A DNA stretch of 64,000 nt from a virus (Duplodnaviria; Caudoviricetes). Below are positions 17,637 through 26,455 of this stretch, one piece after another. How positions within the stretch are numbered: position 1 is the first letter of the stretch; the number at the start of each line of letters is the position of its first letter. The translations under genes and the position numbers were made by a program. The notes below the pieces were generated by a model, which did not search any database, was not told the DNA's origin, and was given only the letters and a program-made list of their open reading frames with translations. The stretch lies in IMG/VR virus record IMGVR_UViG_3300029288_000007, positions 1 to 64,000 of that record; one strand, given 5' to 3'.

Positions 17637-18715
17637 GTTGCACTCTCCAGATTTTGAAATGGGACAACATAAAAATATTTATAATACTCTAACAATTCTT
17701 CCTTCGATTTTCTTAAAATGGCCGGTTCAAAAATCAAAGTATAATATTTGTAAATGCTTTCTTCAGCTCCAAAACGCTTTTTGAAATGATAAACTCCTTC
17801 TTGCCCGGGGATTGTTGTTCCTCCCCAATTCCAATATTTAAAGCCGCGTTGCGCGGCATCCCTCATCGCATCAAGAATAACAACATGCAAAGGGTCATAA
17901 TGACGAAAATTAACATCTAGAGCAGGAATCATATAATCGACTGTTTTGTTAAAATATTTCAATAACAAACCGGCCATCGTGACATTGCCCATATTTTCAT
18001 GGGCAACATTTGTAAAAATTTTATAATCTTCTCCGTACATTAATTGGTCTTTAATTATTTCAAATTCCCTTTCTTTGTAAGGAGCGCCAATCGCTTTCAT
18101 ATTGTCAGAGTGAGTATTTTTTATCCAATTAAAATCTCCTCCATCGCAACCTTCAATCGTTATTCCGTGTTGAATACTTTTTTTAATTTGATTGCGAGTC
18201 TTCTGGTGAACCAAGGCCATTACTGTTTTGTCGAATTCCTCGTCGTTCGTATATTCAGGGATACGGGTAATCATTCCAATGCGACTATCAACAAACAATT
18301 TCGCCTGATTATATTCATCAAAAAAAACATCGTAAAGGAAATCTTCCCCAAAAGGATTTGATATGAAGGTAGCAGAAACGCAATTTGTCCATCTGGCAAT
18401 ATCGCAAAACCTTTGTATCAACATTATTTTTATTTTTTCTGAATCCGCCAAGACGCCCGGGTTGCTACCAAACCAAGGCAAAGAATTTAAAACCGGGCCG
18501 AACTTTCCATGCTTAACAAACGAAGGCAAAATACCAACAATCTTACCTTCTTCTTTTGCAACAAGATAAAATGGAGTGCAACCAATACCAAATAGCCTTA
18601 TTAAAAAGAAACGAAATTGAATAGAACAATTAAACATGGACAAATCATGTTGCTTTGCATAATCGTTCCATGCTTTAATATCATTAACATTCAGCAATTC
18701 TATATCAACTGGCAT
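17633..18715 (-). CDS. FemAB-like GNAT-fold acyl/aminoacyl transferase
   Basis: LNSLPWFGS, KTRNQIKK, YWNWGG...GVYHFK.RFGA. Confidence 0.8.
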   Translation of the reverse strand: MPVDIELLNVNDIKAWNDYAKQHDLSMFNCSIQFRFFLIRLFGIGCTPFYLVAKEEGKIVGILPSFVKHGKFGPVLNSLPWFGSNPGVLADSEKIKIMLIQRFCDIARWTNCVSATFISNPFGEDFLYDVFFDEYNQAKLFVDSRIGMITRIPEYTNDEEFDKTVMALVHQKTRNQIKKSIQHGITIEGCDGGDFNWIKNTHSDNMKAIGAPYKEREFEIIKDQLMYGEDYKIFTNVAHENMGNVTMAGLLLKYFNKTVDYMIPALDVNFRHYDPLHVVILDAMRDAAQRGFKYWNWGGTTIPGQEGVYHFKKRFGAEESIYKYYTLIFEPAILRKSKEELLEYYKYFYVVPFQNLESAT

Positions 18716-18754
18716 AAATACTCCTTTGGCAATATTATAGTATGATTAAGAAAA

Positions 18755-19717
18755 TTAAAAGATATTATTTTGACTATAATACCAATCAATTGTTTTGCGC
18801 AGACCTTCCTCCATTCCAATCCGATGTTCCCATCCCAATAAGTCCTTGGCCTTTAAAGGATTTGCAATATGACGACGAACATCTCCGGGACGGGCCGGTT
18901 CAAACCTAATTATTGGAGGAACGTATTTGGTTGTTGGCAACATCAACTTCCAAATTTCTGAAACCAACCACAATATTTGAATATCATGACCAGAACCAAC
19001 GTTAATTATTTCTCCTGAAATATTTTCATTCAGCCCGGCTAAAACAGCGGCCCTTGCAATATCTTCAACATAAGTATAATCTCTTGTTTGCCTTCCGTCT
19101 CCATAAATAAGAGGATTTTGCCCTTTTTTAATTCTTTCAATTGTCAAAGGAATTACCCCTGCATAGTTGCCTTTATTCTGACGCGGCCCATAAGCATTGA
19201 ATGGCCTTAAAATCGTCACATCGGAACCAAATGTTTTATGATACGACAAACAAAGTAAATCGCAAGCCGCTTTGGCCGCTGCGTACGGAGTTGACGCGCC
19301 TAGAGGATGCCGTTCGCACATAGGTTCATATTCTGCAGTGCCATATACTTCAGAAGAAGAAAAATGAATTAATCTCTTAAAACAACCTTCCCTTTGCAAT
19401 TCTAAAAGATTTTGAACAATCTTAACATTAACGTCAAAATTGGAAAAAGGGTTTTCCAAAGAATGGGGCAACGGTAAAACCGCCAAATTATAAACTATAT
19501 CAAAATTGTGAACAATTGGAATGAGAGATTTTTTCTTTGACGCATCTAATTGGTGAATATTTGACCAACTCACAGGCATATTTTCTAAATTTTTTCTTTT
19601 GCCCAAAAATAAACTATCGACAATGGTCACATCGGCATAATCATCAATTAATGCCTCCGCCAAATGAGAACCTATAAAACCTGCACCGCCAACTACCAAT
19701 ACTTTCTTTCCCATCAT
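18755..19717 (-). CDS. NAD-dependent nucleotide-sugar epimerase/dehydratase
   Basis: GGAGFIGSHL, SSSEVYG, YAAAK, RPFNAYGPRQ, GDG.QTRDYTYV; start placed at MMGKK. Confidence 0.93.
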   Translation of the reverse strand: MMGKKVLVVGGAGFIGSHLAEALIDDYADVTIVDSLFLGKRKNLENMPVSWSNIHQLDASKKKSLIPIVHNFDIVYNLAVLPLPHSLENPFSNFDVNVKIVQNLLELQREGCFKRLIHFSSSEVYGTAEYEPMCERHPLGASTPYAAAKAACDLLCLSYHKTFGSDVTILRPFNAYGPRQNKGNYAGVIPLTIERIKKGQNPLIYGDGRQTRDYTYVEDIARAAVLAGLNENISGEIINVGSGHDIQILWLVSEIWKLMLPTTKYVPPIIRFEPARPGDVRRHIANPLKAKDLLGWEHRIGMEEGLRKTIDWYYSQNNIF

Positions 19718-19719
19718 AT

Positions 19720-20070
19720 TCACACCATGTATAAAGGAGGAGTTGGAATTGCCTGCTTTTGAGGTCTCCATAAATGCAAACAATTCTCATGAAGATTAAT
19801 ATGCTTTGATTCCGCCGGGTGAAGTTGCATAACTATCTCATCCGGTTTAAAAAACAGGCGCTTTACAAAATCCATCTCTCTCCAAGTGGGAGTCCTATGC
19901 GGCAAAGAAATAGAAACATGGTCCCAACCATCGCCATTACTTGCAATTATCCTTAAATTTTTGTCTTTTTGAACGGGAGATACTACTTCATAATAACCAC
20001 CGCTTTTGTCTCCGTATCCCATTGTAGGATGGGGCCTCATATATCTTGTCAATTCCTTTAAATCTTTCAT
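19720..20070 (-). CDS. Conserved phage protein (WDHVS...RTPTW.EM family)
   Basis: GWDHVSIS...RTPTW.EM..VK.LFF...H...CLHLWRP. Confidence 0.8.
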   Translation of the reverse strand: MKDLKELTRYMRPHPTMGYGDKSGGYYEVVSPVQKDKNLRIIASNGDGWDHVSISLPHRTPTWREMDFVKRLFFKPDEIVMQLHPAESKHINLHENCLHLWRPQKQAIPTPPLYMV

Positions 20071-20074
20071 CCTT

Positions 20075-20365
20075 TTACTCCTGTTTAAAACCCGGGCCGG
20101 TAAAGGAAACATAATCTTGAGTTATTTCCAAAAACCATTTTGAAATATAATCAAAATCATAACCCAACCAAATTACCTTGTTCGATTCGAGACCATTTGC
20201 TTTTTGAAAATTCAACAAGACGTTCTCTCTCATAGATTTAATATACTCCCGAATTATATTTTCTGGGACTTTATTTATTTTCAAAATTCGTTTCACTTCA
20301 TTTATATTGTAAAATATGTTTTGAGTGAACCGATGCAAATCAATATTAAAAGGGGTAATTGGCAT
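20075..20365 (-). CDS. Hypothetical protein
   Basis: ORF filling the gap between neighbours; start placed at MPITPF. Confidence 0.5.
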   Translation of the reverse strand: MPITPFNIDLHRFTQNIFYNINEVKRILKINKVPENIIREYIKSMRENVLLNFQKANGLESNKVIWLGYDFDYISKWFLEITQDYVSFTGPGFKQE

Positions 20366-20366
20366 T

Positions 20367-20627
20367 TTATCTAAACTCCAAAAATCTTCCTTTCCCCAAA
20401 AAGACGGCGTCATCAACCGGACATTTATCATTTGGATTCTCAGCCAACATGTCAAGAGTAATCATCTCTGTATACTCAACTTCGCGGCCATCCATTAATT
20501 GTCCGATTAAACGATTCCGGCCTTGGTCTCTCATCCAATTCCATTGTTTCTGAGAAAAATATAAATCCCCAGAAAGATTACTTTCTGTCAACTTCTCCGC
20601 AAAATCAACCGGGCCTAATTTACCCAT
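20367..20627 (-). CDS. Hypothetical protein
   Basis: 86-aa ORF overlapping the upstream stop. Confidence 0.55.
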   Translation of the reverse strand: MGKLGPVDFAEKLTESNLSGDLYFSQKQWNWMRDQGRNRLIGQLMDGREVEYTEMITLDMLAENPNDKCPVDDAVFLGKGRFLEFR

Positions 20628-21708
20628 TTTTCTTCCCCCATTCTTTTTTTAAATTTAATCCATACCATATTGGCAAAGACAAACATTCTTCGTAAAGTTG
20701 TGTAGAATTAATTAAATGTAATTTTTTATTGTCGTAAAAAGCAGGGAACAAATGACAAGCATAAGTTCCGATCCCTGTTTCAAACCCTTTCTTTTTAAAA
20801 TACTTTTCGACTCGTTGGCGATCATGGACACATCTTACGACAAACGCTTGAAAAATATCTCCAACCATTGAAGGTAGAATAATTAATTCATCCCTTAAAA
20901 ATTTATCATCCTCGATAATTTCTCTCCACGCAGACGCGACTTTTCTCCTCCACGCAATCATTTTGTCGATTCTGCTTAACTGAACCAAACCGATGGCCGC
21001 AGTTATATCGCTCATTTTGAAATTGAATCCGCAACCCGGGGAAAGAAAAAAAATTGATTTTTTTCTTTTGTACGTCCTTTCCACTCCAAAATTCGACATT
21101 AACCGAACTTGGTTCGCCAAGTCGTCGTCATTTGTTGCTACCAAACCCCCTTCTCCTGTAGTAATTCCTTTACGAGCATGAAGAGAAAAGCAACCCAAAT
21201 CACCAATTGTCCCAATTTTTTTGCCTCCATAAGTTGCTCCCAAAGCGCATGCGGCATCCTCAATTACTTTTAATCCACATGTTTTGGCAAAATTCATAAT
21301 ATAAAACATTTGAGCTGGACGTCCAAATAAATGAACAGGAATAATTGCTTTTGTTTTCTTTGTAACAACTTTACAAATAGTTTTTGCATGTATGTTATAT
21401 GAATAAAAAGAAACGTCGGCTGGAACAGCGGTTGCTCCTACAGCTTGAATCGCAAGGGCAGTGGCAGGAAACGTGAAATCTGGGTAAATAACTTCGTCTT
21501 CCGGTTGGATATTTAATGCCTTTAAAGAAAGAAAAAGGGCAGAGGTACAATTTGTCACGCTGATGACATGTTTGCATTTAAGATATTTTGCCGCAGCGCG
21601 TTCAAACTCTTCGCAAACCGGGCCTTGACTAACCCATCCTGACTTCATCACTTTTTTAACTGCATCAACGTCATCTTGATTAAAATATGGTTTATTCAAT
21701 GGGATCAT
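20620..21708 (-). CDS. DegT/DnrJ/EryC1/StrS PLP sugar aminotransferase (WbpE-like role)
   Basis: SGWVSQGP...FE, IIPVHLFG, IEDAACALG, FSLH.RK.ITTGEGG, LSLP. Confidence 0.95.
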   Translation of the reverse strand: MIPLNKPYFNQDDVDAVKKVMKSGWVSQGPVCEEFERAAAKYLKCKHVISVTNCTSALFLSLKALNIQPEDEVIYPDFTFPATALAIQAVGATAVPADVSFYSYNIHAKTICKVVTKKTKAIIPVHLFGRPAQMFYIMNFAKTCGLKVIEDAACALGATYGGKKIGTIGDLGCFSLHARKGITTGEGGLVATNDDDLANQVRLMSNFGVERTYKRKKSIFFLSPGCGFNFKMSDITAAIGLVQLSRIDKMIAWRRKVASAWREIIEDDKFLRDELIILPSMVGDIFQAFVVRCVHDRQRVEKYFKKKGFETGIGTYACHLFPAFYDNKKLHLINSTQLYEECLSLPIWYGLNLKKEWGKKNG

Positions 21709-21940
21709 TTTTGATTCCTTTCCCTTTCAAAAAAACATCATACTCATTTCTCAAAGAAATAAAACCTTCTGTTTCCGAAACTTGTATGAATATCAACAAA
21801 AGCTGAAGAAATGTCCTTTCTGATATCGATAATTTGCTTTTATTTTCATCTAGAACATTTAATTGTGCATCAAATTCCTTATGATTCATTCCATCCCCCT
21901 TATTTCCTTTGTCCCAAAAATTGACCAGATAAAATTTCAT
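21692..21940 (-). CDS. Hypothetical protein
   Basis: Short ORF in operon context. Confidence 0.4.
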   Translation of the reverse strand: MKFYLVNFWDKGNKGDGMNHKEFDAQLNVLDENKSKLSISERTFLQLLLIFIQVSETEGFISLRNEYDVFLKGKGIKNDPIE

Positions 21941-22041
21941 TCATCTGGAAAAGAAAAGGCACTTTCTTTTTCTTTGATAATTCTTGAGCAATTTTCATTG
22001 CGGTTGTTTTCCCTGCTCGCCGGGCATTCAAAAATATGATG

Positions 22042-22485
22042 TTATTGGTCGCCATTTATTTGCCTCATTGGACTGCCAACTACTTTCATACCCGGGTCAA
22101 TATTTTTGTGGATACAAGTCCCGGCGCCAATCATCGCGCCAGCCCCCACTTCAATCCCGGGGAGAATAACACAACCGGCCCCAATGGCCGCGCCGCGCCT
22201 GATATAAGTTTTCTTCCAATGTTTTTTGTCTTTAGAAGGAGGATACAAATCATTAGTAAACACGCACCCGGGGCCGATGAAACAACCATCCTCAATAACA
22301 ATCCCCTCTGGGATAAAGCAATGGGCTCCAATCCTTACATCGTTGCCAATAAATACCTTCCCAGATATTTCAACAAACGCTCCAATATTACAATTGGTGC
22401 CAATTTCAATATCTCCATAAATGTTTACCAGATTCGGATGCCAGATTTTTGTTGCAGAGCCAATCTTAACACTGTTACCAATCAT
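22042..22485 (-). CDS. Hexapeptide-repeat sugar N-acetyltransferase (WbpD/WlbB-like)
   Basis: KIWH, IG.NCNIG, IEDGCFIGP.CVFTND.YP, IGAG repeats. Confidence 0.92.
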   Translation of the reverse strand: MIGNSVKIGSATKIWHPNLVNIYGDIEIGTNCNIGAFVEISGKVFIGNDVRIGAHCFIPEGIVIEDGCFIGPGCVFTNDLYPPSKDKKHWKKTYIRRGAAIGAGCVILPGIEVGAGAMIGAGTCIHKNIDPGMKVVGSPMRQINGDQ

Positions 22486-22505
22486 TTTTATCCTCCTAAA
22501 TTAAA

Positions 22506-22535
22506 AGGCTGGGGAAGGCATTTCCTCCCCAGCCT
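22506..22535 (-). terminator. Intrinsic terminator
   Basis: aggctgggga/tccccagcct stem followed by TTT on the minus strand. Confidence 0.65.
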
Positions 22536-22583
22536 ACCCATGTAATAAAGCGTTTCTCCAAATCTTATCTAAAAATAAAACTG

Positions 22584-22592
22584 TTATTTCAT
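22584..22592 (-). other. Met-Lys-stop minigene with strong SD
   Basis: GGAGGTGA (22605-22598), 5 nt, then ATG AAA TAA. Confidence 0.45.
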
Positions 22593-22670
22593 ATAAATCA
22601 CCTCCAAAATTAAAATTTGTTCAAGTCAATATATCAATCTCCCATCAAAGTTTTATTATAACTCCTTTTT

Positions 22671-23675
22671 TTAAAACTCATAGATAATTTCTGGCAATCT
22701 ACCTCCATTCATATAAGTATCAATATGACGAATCAAATCAATAAGATACAAATACCTTTTTAAAATAATCTTTGTATTGAAATTAAAAGCAACAAAGTCC
22801 CTTGTTGCCGCGCCCAACGTAGCCAAATCATTTGAATTCATTTGAGCCAGCTTTCTTATCTGGTCTTTCAAATTCTCTTTGCAAATAGTAACAGTCGGGT
22901 TGTTAGGATAAAAAGTCATCATCCAAGGGTCAATACAACTCATGACGACTTGGCCTTGCCACATGCTCTCGATGCCGCTTATTCCCCATGCGCCATGAAG
23001 ACTGGTAAATGTAACTTGGCTTTCCAACTTCTTTTTTAAACATTCCTCATTTGACAATTGGCTTAATATTTGAAGTTCAACCTTTACCCCTTCTTCTTGT
23101 AATTCTTGAATTGTTTGATTCAAAAATTCGTATCCCTTGTAAGGACTGCCGGCTGACCCGGCGCTGATTTTTAAAGGGCCGTTCCCTTTTTGGGAACAAC
23201 ATGGAATTTCCTTAATATCCATATCTCCATATTTCGTAAAGTAAGAACCAAGATGATAAAAAGAACCAAGCAGATGCCCGGTGATAGACCAGTCAGTTCC
23301 TGTAATGGCAGAAAACCCGGTTGTTTCATGAAATTTCTTTATTGTTTGCCAACCTGTTCTCAACTCGGAACCGTAATACTTTATGCAACAATTGTTTTTA
23401 TTAAGAACATTGCGGTTCCATTCCACCCCGGGCCAATCAAATATCCCTCTTCCAAAATGAAAGAAGTCGCATTGTTTGGCCCACGCCGTTGCTTCCTCAC
23501 AAGCTTCTTTAATCCAATTCATATTGCTTTTCAAAATGATATCTTTATCATAAGCAAAAGAATCATCGTGTGCGATTATGCACCGGGCCTGATGATTTGT
23601 ATATTTGTTAATTGCACTGGCAAGCGCTGTTGGTTGGCCAGCTATATTAAAATCAGATATGACTGCTATTTTCAT
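22671..23675 (-). CDS. GT-B (GT4-like) glycosyltransferase
   Basis: Start MKIAVISDF with AGGAG SD; YKG...,  WGISGIESM..G..V (EX7E-like region). Confidence 0.7.
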   Translation of the reverse strand: MKIAVISDFNIAGQPTALASAINKYTNHQARCIIAHDDSFAYDKDIILKSNMNWIKEACEEATAWAKQCDFFHFGRGIFDWPGVEWNRNVLNKNNCCIKYYGSELRTGWQTIKKFHETTGFSAITGTDWSITGHLLGSFYHLGSYFTKYGDMDIKEIPCCSQKGNGPLKISAGSAGSPYKGYEFLNQTIQELQEEGVKVELQILSQLSNEECLKKKLESQVTFTSLHGAWGISGIESMWQGQVVMSCIDPWMMTFYPNNPTVTICKENLKDQIRKLAQMNSNDLATLGAATRDFVAFNFNTKIILKRYLYLIDLIRHIDTYMNGGRLPEIIYEF

Positions 23676-23709
23676 TTTGTTCTCCTTTTTAATTTTACTT
23701 GGACAAAAC

Positions 23710-24021
23710 TTAAAACCCAAACCCAGTTCTCCCTGTTCCTCGGAAAATTCCAATTCCAAAGCCGGTGCCGGAAATAAATTTTTTCTTTCTTTCAAAAGGA
23801 CAATCGACCTGTAATCTTTGTGGTTGCAATGGTTCATCGAAGGTTTTTACTTGATGCCATATTTTGCCGGTAAACAAAACTTTTACCCTTTCCAAAAAAG
23901 ACAACGACCAACAAAAAGTCGCGATACTTTCTTTTAAATTCATATGGGCCGGCAACGGTAAATATTCATCTTGGTCTTTTGCATAAATCGTATTTCCTTC
24001 AGGAAATTTTATTGGCGTCAT
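23710..24021 (-). CDS. Conserved phage hypothetical protein
   Basis: P..FPE.N...AKDQ.EY.PLPA...CW.LS..ER..LFTG.IW motif. Confidence 0.75.
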   Translation of the reverse strand: MTPIKFPEGNTIYAKDQDEYLPLPAHMNLKESIATFCWSLSFLERVKVLFTGKIWHQVKTFDEPLQPQRLQVDCPFERKKKFISGTGFGIGIFRGTGRTGFGF

Positions 24022-24159
24022 TTTTCTCCTCCTCGATATCCTCTCCTGAATTCCTTGTAGTCAAAACAAGATTAGAAAAAGAACAATTTCTTAAATGCTT
24101 ATTCACATCCTTTTGTTTTGCAAATATTGTTTTGCAATAAGGACATCTATATTTTTTCT

Positions 24160-24915
24160 TCATTTTAAAGTTTCCCTTCTTTTTTTTGCCCCTGCAAGAA
24201 AATCATTGATTCCCAAAATTGTATTCAAAAAAGGATGGGACAACTGCTTCTCCAAAATGACCATATTTTGCAAGACGCAATGGCCTCCGATGGGTTCCAA
24301 AAAACCGGGAGAATCCAGAACGTAACGTTGAAAATCAGGCAATCCCAACGCAACATTTAGACGATTGTATTCACGGTCATATTCCTTGCAAATTTCATAA
24401 TCAAAACCCAAGCGAGAAGCTGAAAAAGCTGAATATCTAGCCATTTCAATATTGACACCATACAAGGCCAAAGACCTTAACTTCAAAAACTCTGTGATTT
24501 CCGGCTTTGGGAAGACCTTGCAATCAATTCCGCATTGTTCAAAGAAGGCCCGGGCCGTTTCGTCTTCTCCGCCAATCCAGCGAATATTTTCTTTTAAATA
24601 CTGATACATCACATCGCGATTATCGTGCCGGGCCTCAATAGGAGAATGCACCGCGACTATCTGGGAACAAGTTCCGATTGGAACGGTCGAAAGAACAATT
24701 GTAACCTTCGGAAAAAAGATTTCTTTATAATGAACAACATCCTGGACAAATGTTTTTGAATAGGGAATGGAAACCAACATTACATCAACATGCCAATCTC
24801 CTTCATAACAATAAAAGTTTTTGGCTGGGTCATGAATAAACATCTTATGAAATTCGCCCCAGGCAAGATGAGCGGCATTCCCAACTTCGCCATAACCAAT
24901 TAATATTGTTTTCAT
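24160..24915 (-). CDS. UDP-sugar 6-dehydrogenase-like protein (UDP-glucose/GDP-mannose DH family, compact; WbpA-like role)
   Basis: IGYGEVG, STVP.GT, HSP, TEFLKL, catalytic GGHC. Confidence 0.8.
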   Translation of the reverse strand: MKTILIGYGEVGNAAHLAWGEFHKMFIHDPAKNFYCYEGDWHVDVMLVSIPYSKTFVQDVVHYKEIFFPKVTIVLSTVPIGTCSQIVAVHSPIEARHDNRDVMYQYLKENIRWIGGEDETARAFFEQCGIDCKVFPKPEITEFLKLRSLALYGVNIEMARYSAFSASRLGFDYEICKEYDREYNRLNVALGLPDFQRYVLDSPGFLEPIGGHCVLQNMVILEKQLSHPFLNTILGINDFLAGAKKRRETLK

Positions 24916-25073
24916 CTTTTGTAATCCTTTTTTGCCTGTAAATATCTTCTTCGTTCTGCTAAAGCAACCATTGGCGTTGCGTATCCGCTTTGGGAATACT
25001 TTGTTGTTGACGGCTTTGTTGCTTTGTCTTCATAAACCATTCTGCGCAATTGTTTTGCTATTGTTCCTCTCAT
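24912..25073 (-). CDS. Small basic hypothetical protein (53 aa)
   Basis: Own translation MRGTIAKQLRR...QAKKDYKR; GGAGG SD; ATGA overlap with the next gene. Confidence 0.6.
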   Translation of the reverse strand: MRGTIAKQLRRMVYEDKATKPSTTKYSQSGYATPMVALAERRRYLQAKKDYKR

Positions 25074-25174
25074 TATTCCCTCCGTTTTATTTTAGGGACA
25101 GGCGGTGCTTTAACTTCATGGGTAGGTAGCCGAAAAACCCCAATCCATTAAAGCTTCCGCCGCCTGTCTTTTTT

Positions 25175-25468
25175 TTAATTAAGAGCAATTCTGTTTTTAT
25201 CTTTCACCAAAAACCAATTCCCAGGGCGTCCTTCAATTTGGCTGTAATTGGACAATTCATATTTAACAACCAAATCTGTCAACTTCACCGCGTCTCTGGC
25301 TGTCAACTTCATTGGAACCTTCTTTTTGTATTCCAAAATAGAATGGCCCAAATAGAACATCGATGCAATATAAAAAAGAACAACGCAAAAAACAACCATT
25401 GCCGCCTTAAAATCAAAGACCAACATTCTTTTATCGGGATAGTAAATTTTTCTCTTTTCCAAGAACAT
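25175..25468 (-). CDS. Hypothetical membrane protein
   Basis: One hydrophobic segment (AAMVVFCVVLFYIASMFYL). Confidence 0.5.
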   Translation of the reverse strand: MFLEKRKIYYPDKRMLVFDFKAAMVVFCVVLFYIASMFYLGHSILEYKKKVPMKLTARDAVKLTDLVVKYELSNYSQIEGRPGNWFLVKDKNRIALN

Positions 25469-25643
25469 TTTCTTCTCCTTTGTCTAATCCATCAAAGACA
25501 ATAATGCCCGGCTTAAATAAATAAGACAAAAACACCGTTATTCTATTGGCACACTTTGGGCAATCGGTAGATATCTTTCCATCTGTTTTATTACAAAAAA
25601 TTTCTTTGCAATCTGGGCAGTATCTTGCTTCGTGAAGTTTCAT
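25431..25643 (-). CDS. Small zinc-ribbon protein
   Basis: CPDC...CPKC; preceded by promoter motif 1 at 25664-25673. Confidence 0.6.
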   Translation of the reverse strand: MKLHEARYCPDCKEIFCNKTDGKISTDCPKCANRITVFLSYLFKPGIIVFDGLDKGEENVLGKEKNLLSR

Positions 25644-25684
25644 TAATTTCCCCTTACAATTTAATTATACTCCCAAACAAATAT

Positions 25685-26203
25685 TTACTGATTTTTATTT
25701 TTTCTTCCCTTTGCAATCATTGCCCAGCGCTGATAGATTATATCATTGGTGGCATATCCATGCCAACGCTCAATCATATCTTCAAAAGACAAAATCCTGC
25801 TGTCGCTTTGTAAAGGGTCTTTTAAGAAAATTTTGTTCCTGTTGGAATCATATCCTTTGACTACGCAATAATGGCCATAGTTGTTGCTGTCGCGCCAATC
25901 CATATCCTTTCTTTTTTTAATCTGAATTTCCACCATGGCCGGGTAACCATTATCAACCGCCTCTATCAAATTATGGATAAACAATCCCGTCCTCGAAACA
26001 ACCTTGAGGCCATACAACTCAGCCACAGCCACAATATTAGGTATGTCAGCGCCGTGTTTTGGTTCAAGACAAAGCAGTTCTTTAATTTTTTTGTGGGTTT
26101 CCTTGATTTCGTAAAATCTTAAGATAGATTGCAGAGCGCACGACCCGCAGTCCGAGTCGTTGCTCTGAATCACAGTCGGTATGTTCAAAAGTTTTCTGGC
26201 CAT
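25685..26203 (-). CDS. C39-like cysteine peptidase
   Basis: Q....DCG..AL, GHYCVV.GYD, DP (Cys-His-Asp). Confidence 0.85.
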   Translation of the reverse strand: MARKLLNIPTVIQSNDSDCGSCALQSILRFYEIKETHKKIKELLCLEPKHGADIPNIVAVAELYGLKVVSRTGLFIHNLIEAVDNGYPAMVEIQIKKRKDMDWRDSNNYGHYCVVKGYDSNRNKIFLKDPLQSDSRILSFEDMIERWHGYATNDIIYQRWAMIAKGRKNKNQ

Positions 26204-26205
26204 CT

Positions 26206-26442
26206 TTATTGTTTGCTGTATTTTGCCAATGGATTTTCCTTAATTTCAATCCTCATGCGGAAATATCTTATCCATCGCTCCTCTCCCAGCTCCGCCAAGG
26301 ACAAATTCAACATTTCCACCGCTTCAAACATCTTCTTTTGAGCATTTCTAAAAGTTTCATCAATAGAAGGGTTTCTTTCATAGGCCCTTGCTAATATGTC
26401 ATCTTCCAGTCCATCTATGTGGGGGCAAAAATCTTCTTGCAT
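26206..26442 (-). CDS. Hypothetical protein
   Basis: 78-aa ORF with SD. Confidence 0.5.
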   Translation of the reverse strand: MQEDFCPHIDGLEDDILARAYERNPSIDETFRNAQKKMFEAVEMLNLSLAELGEERWIRYFRMRIEIKENPLAKYSKQ

Positions 26443-26455
26443 GGCCTTCTCCCTT

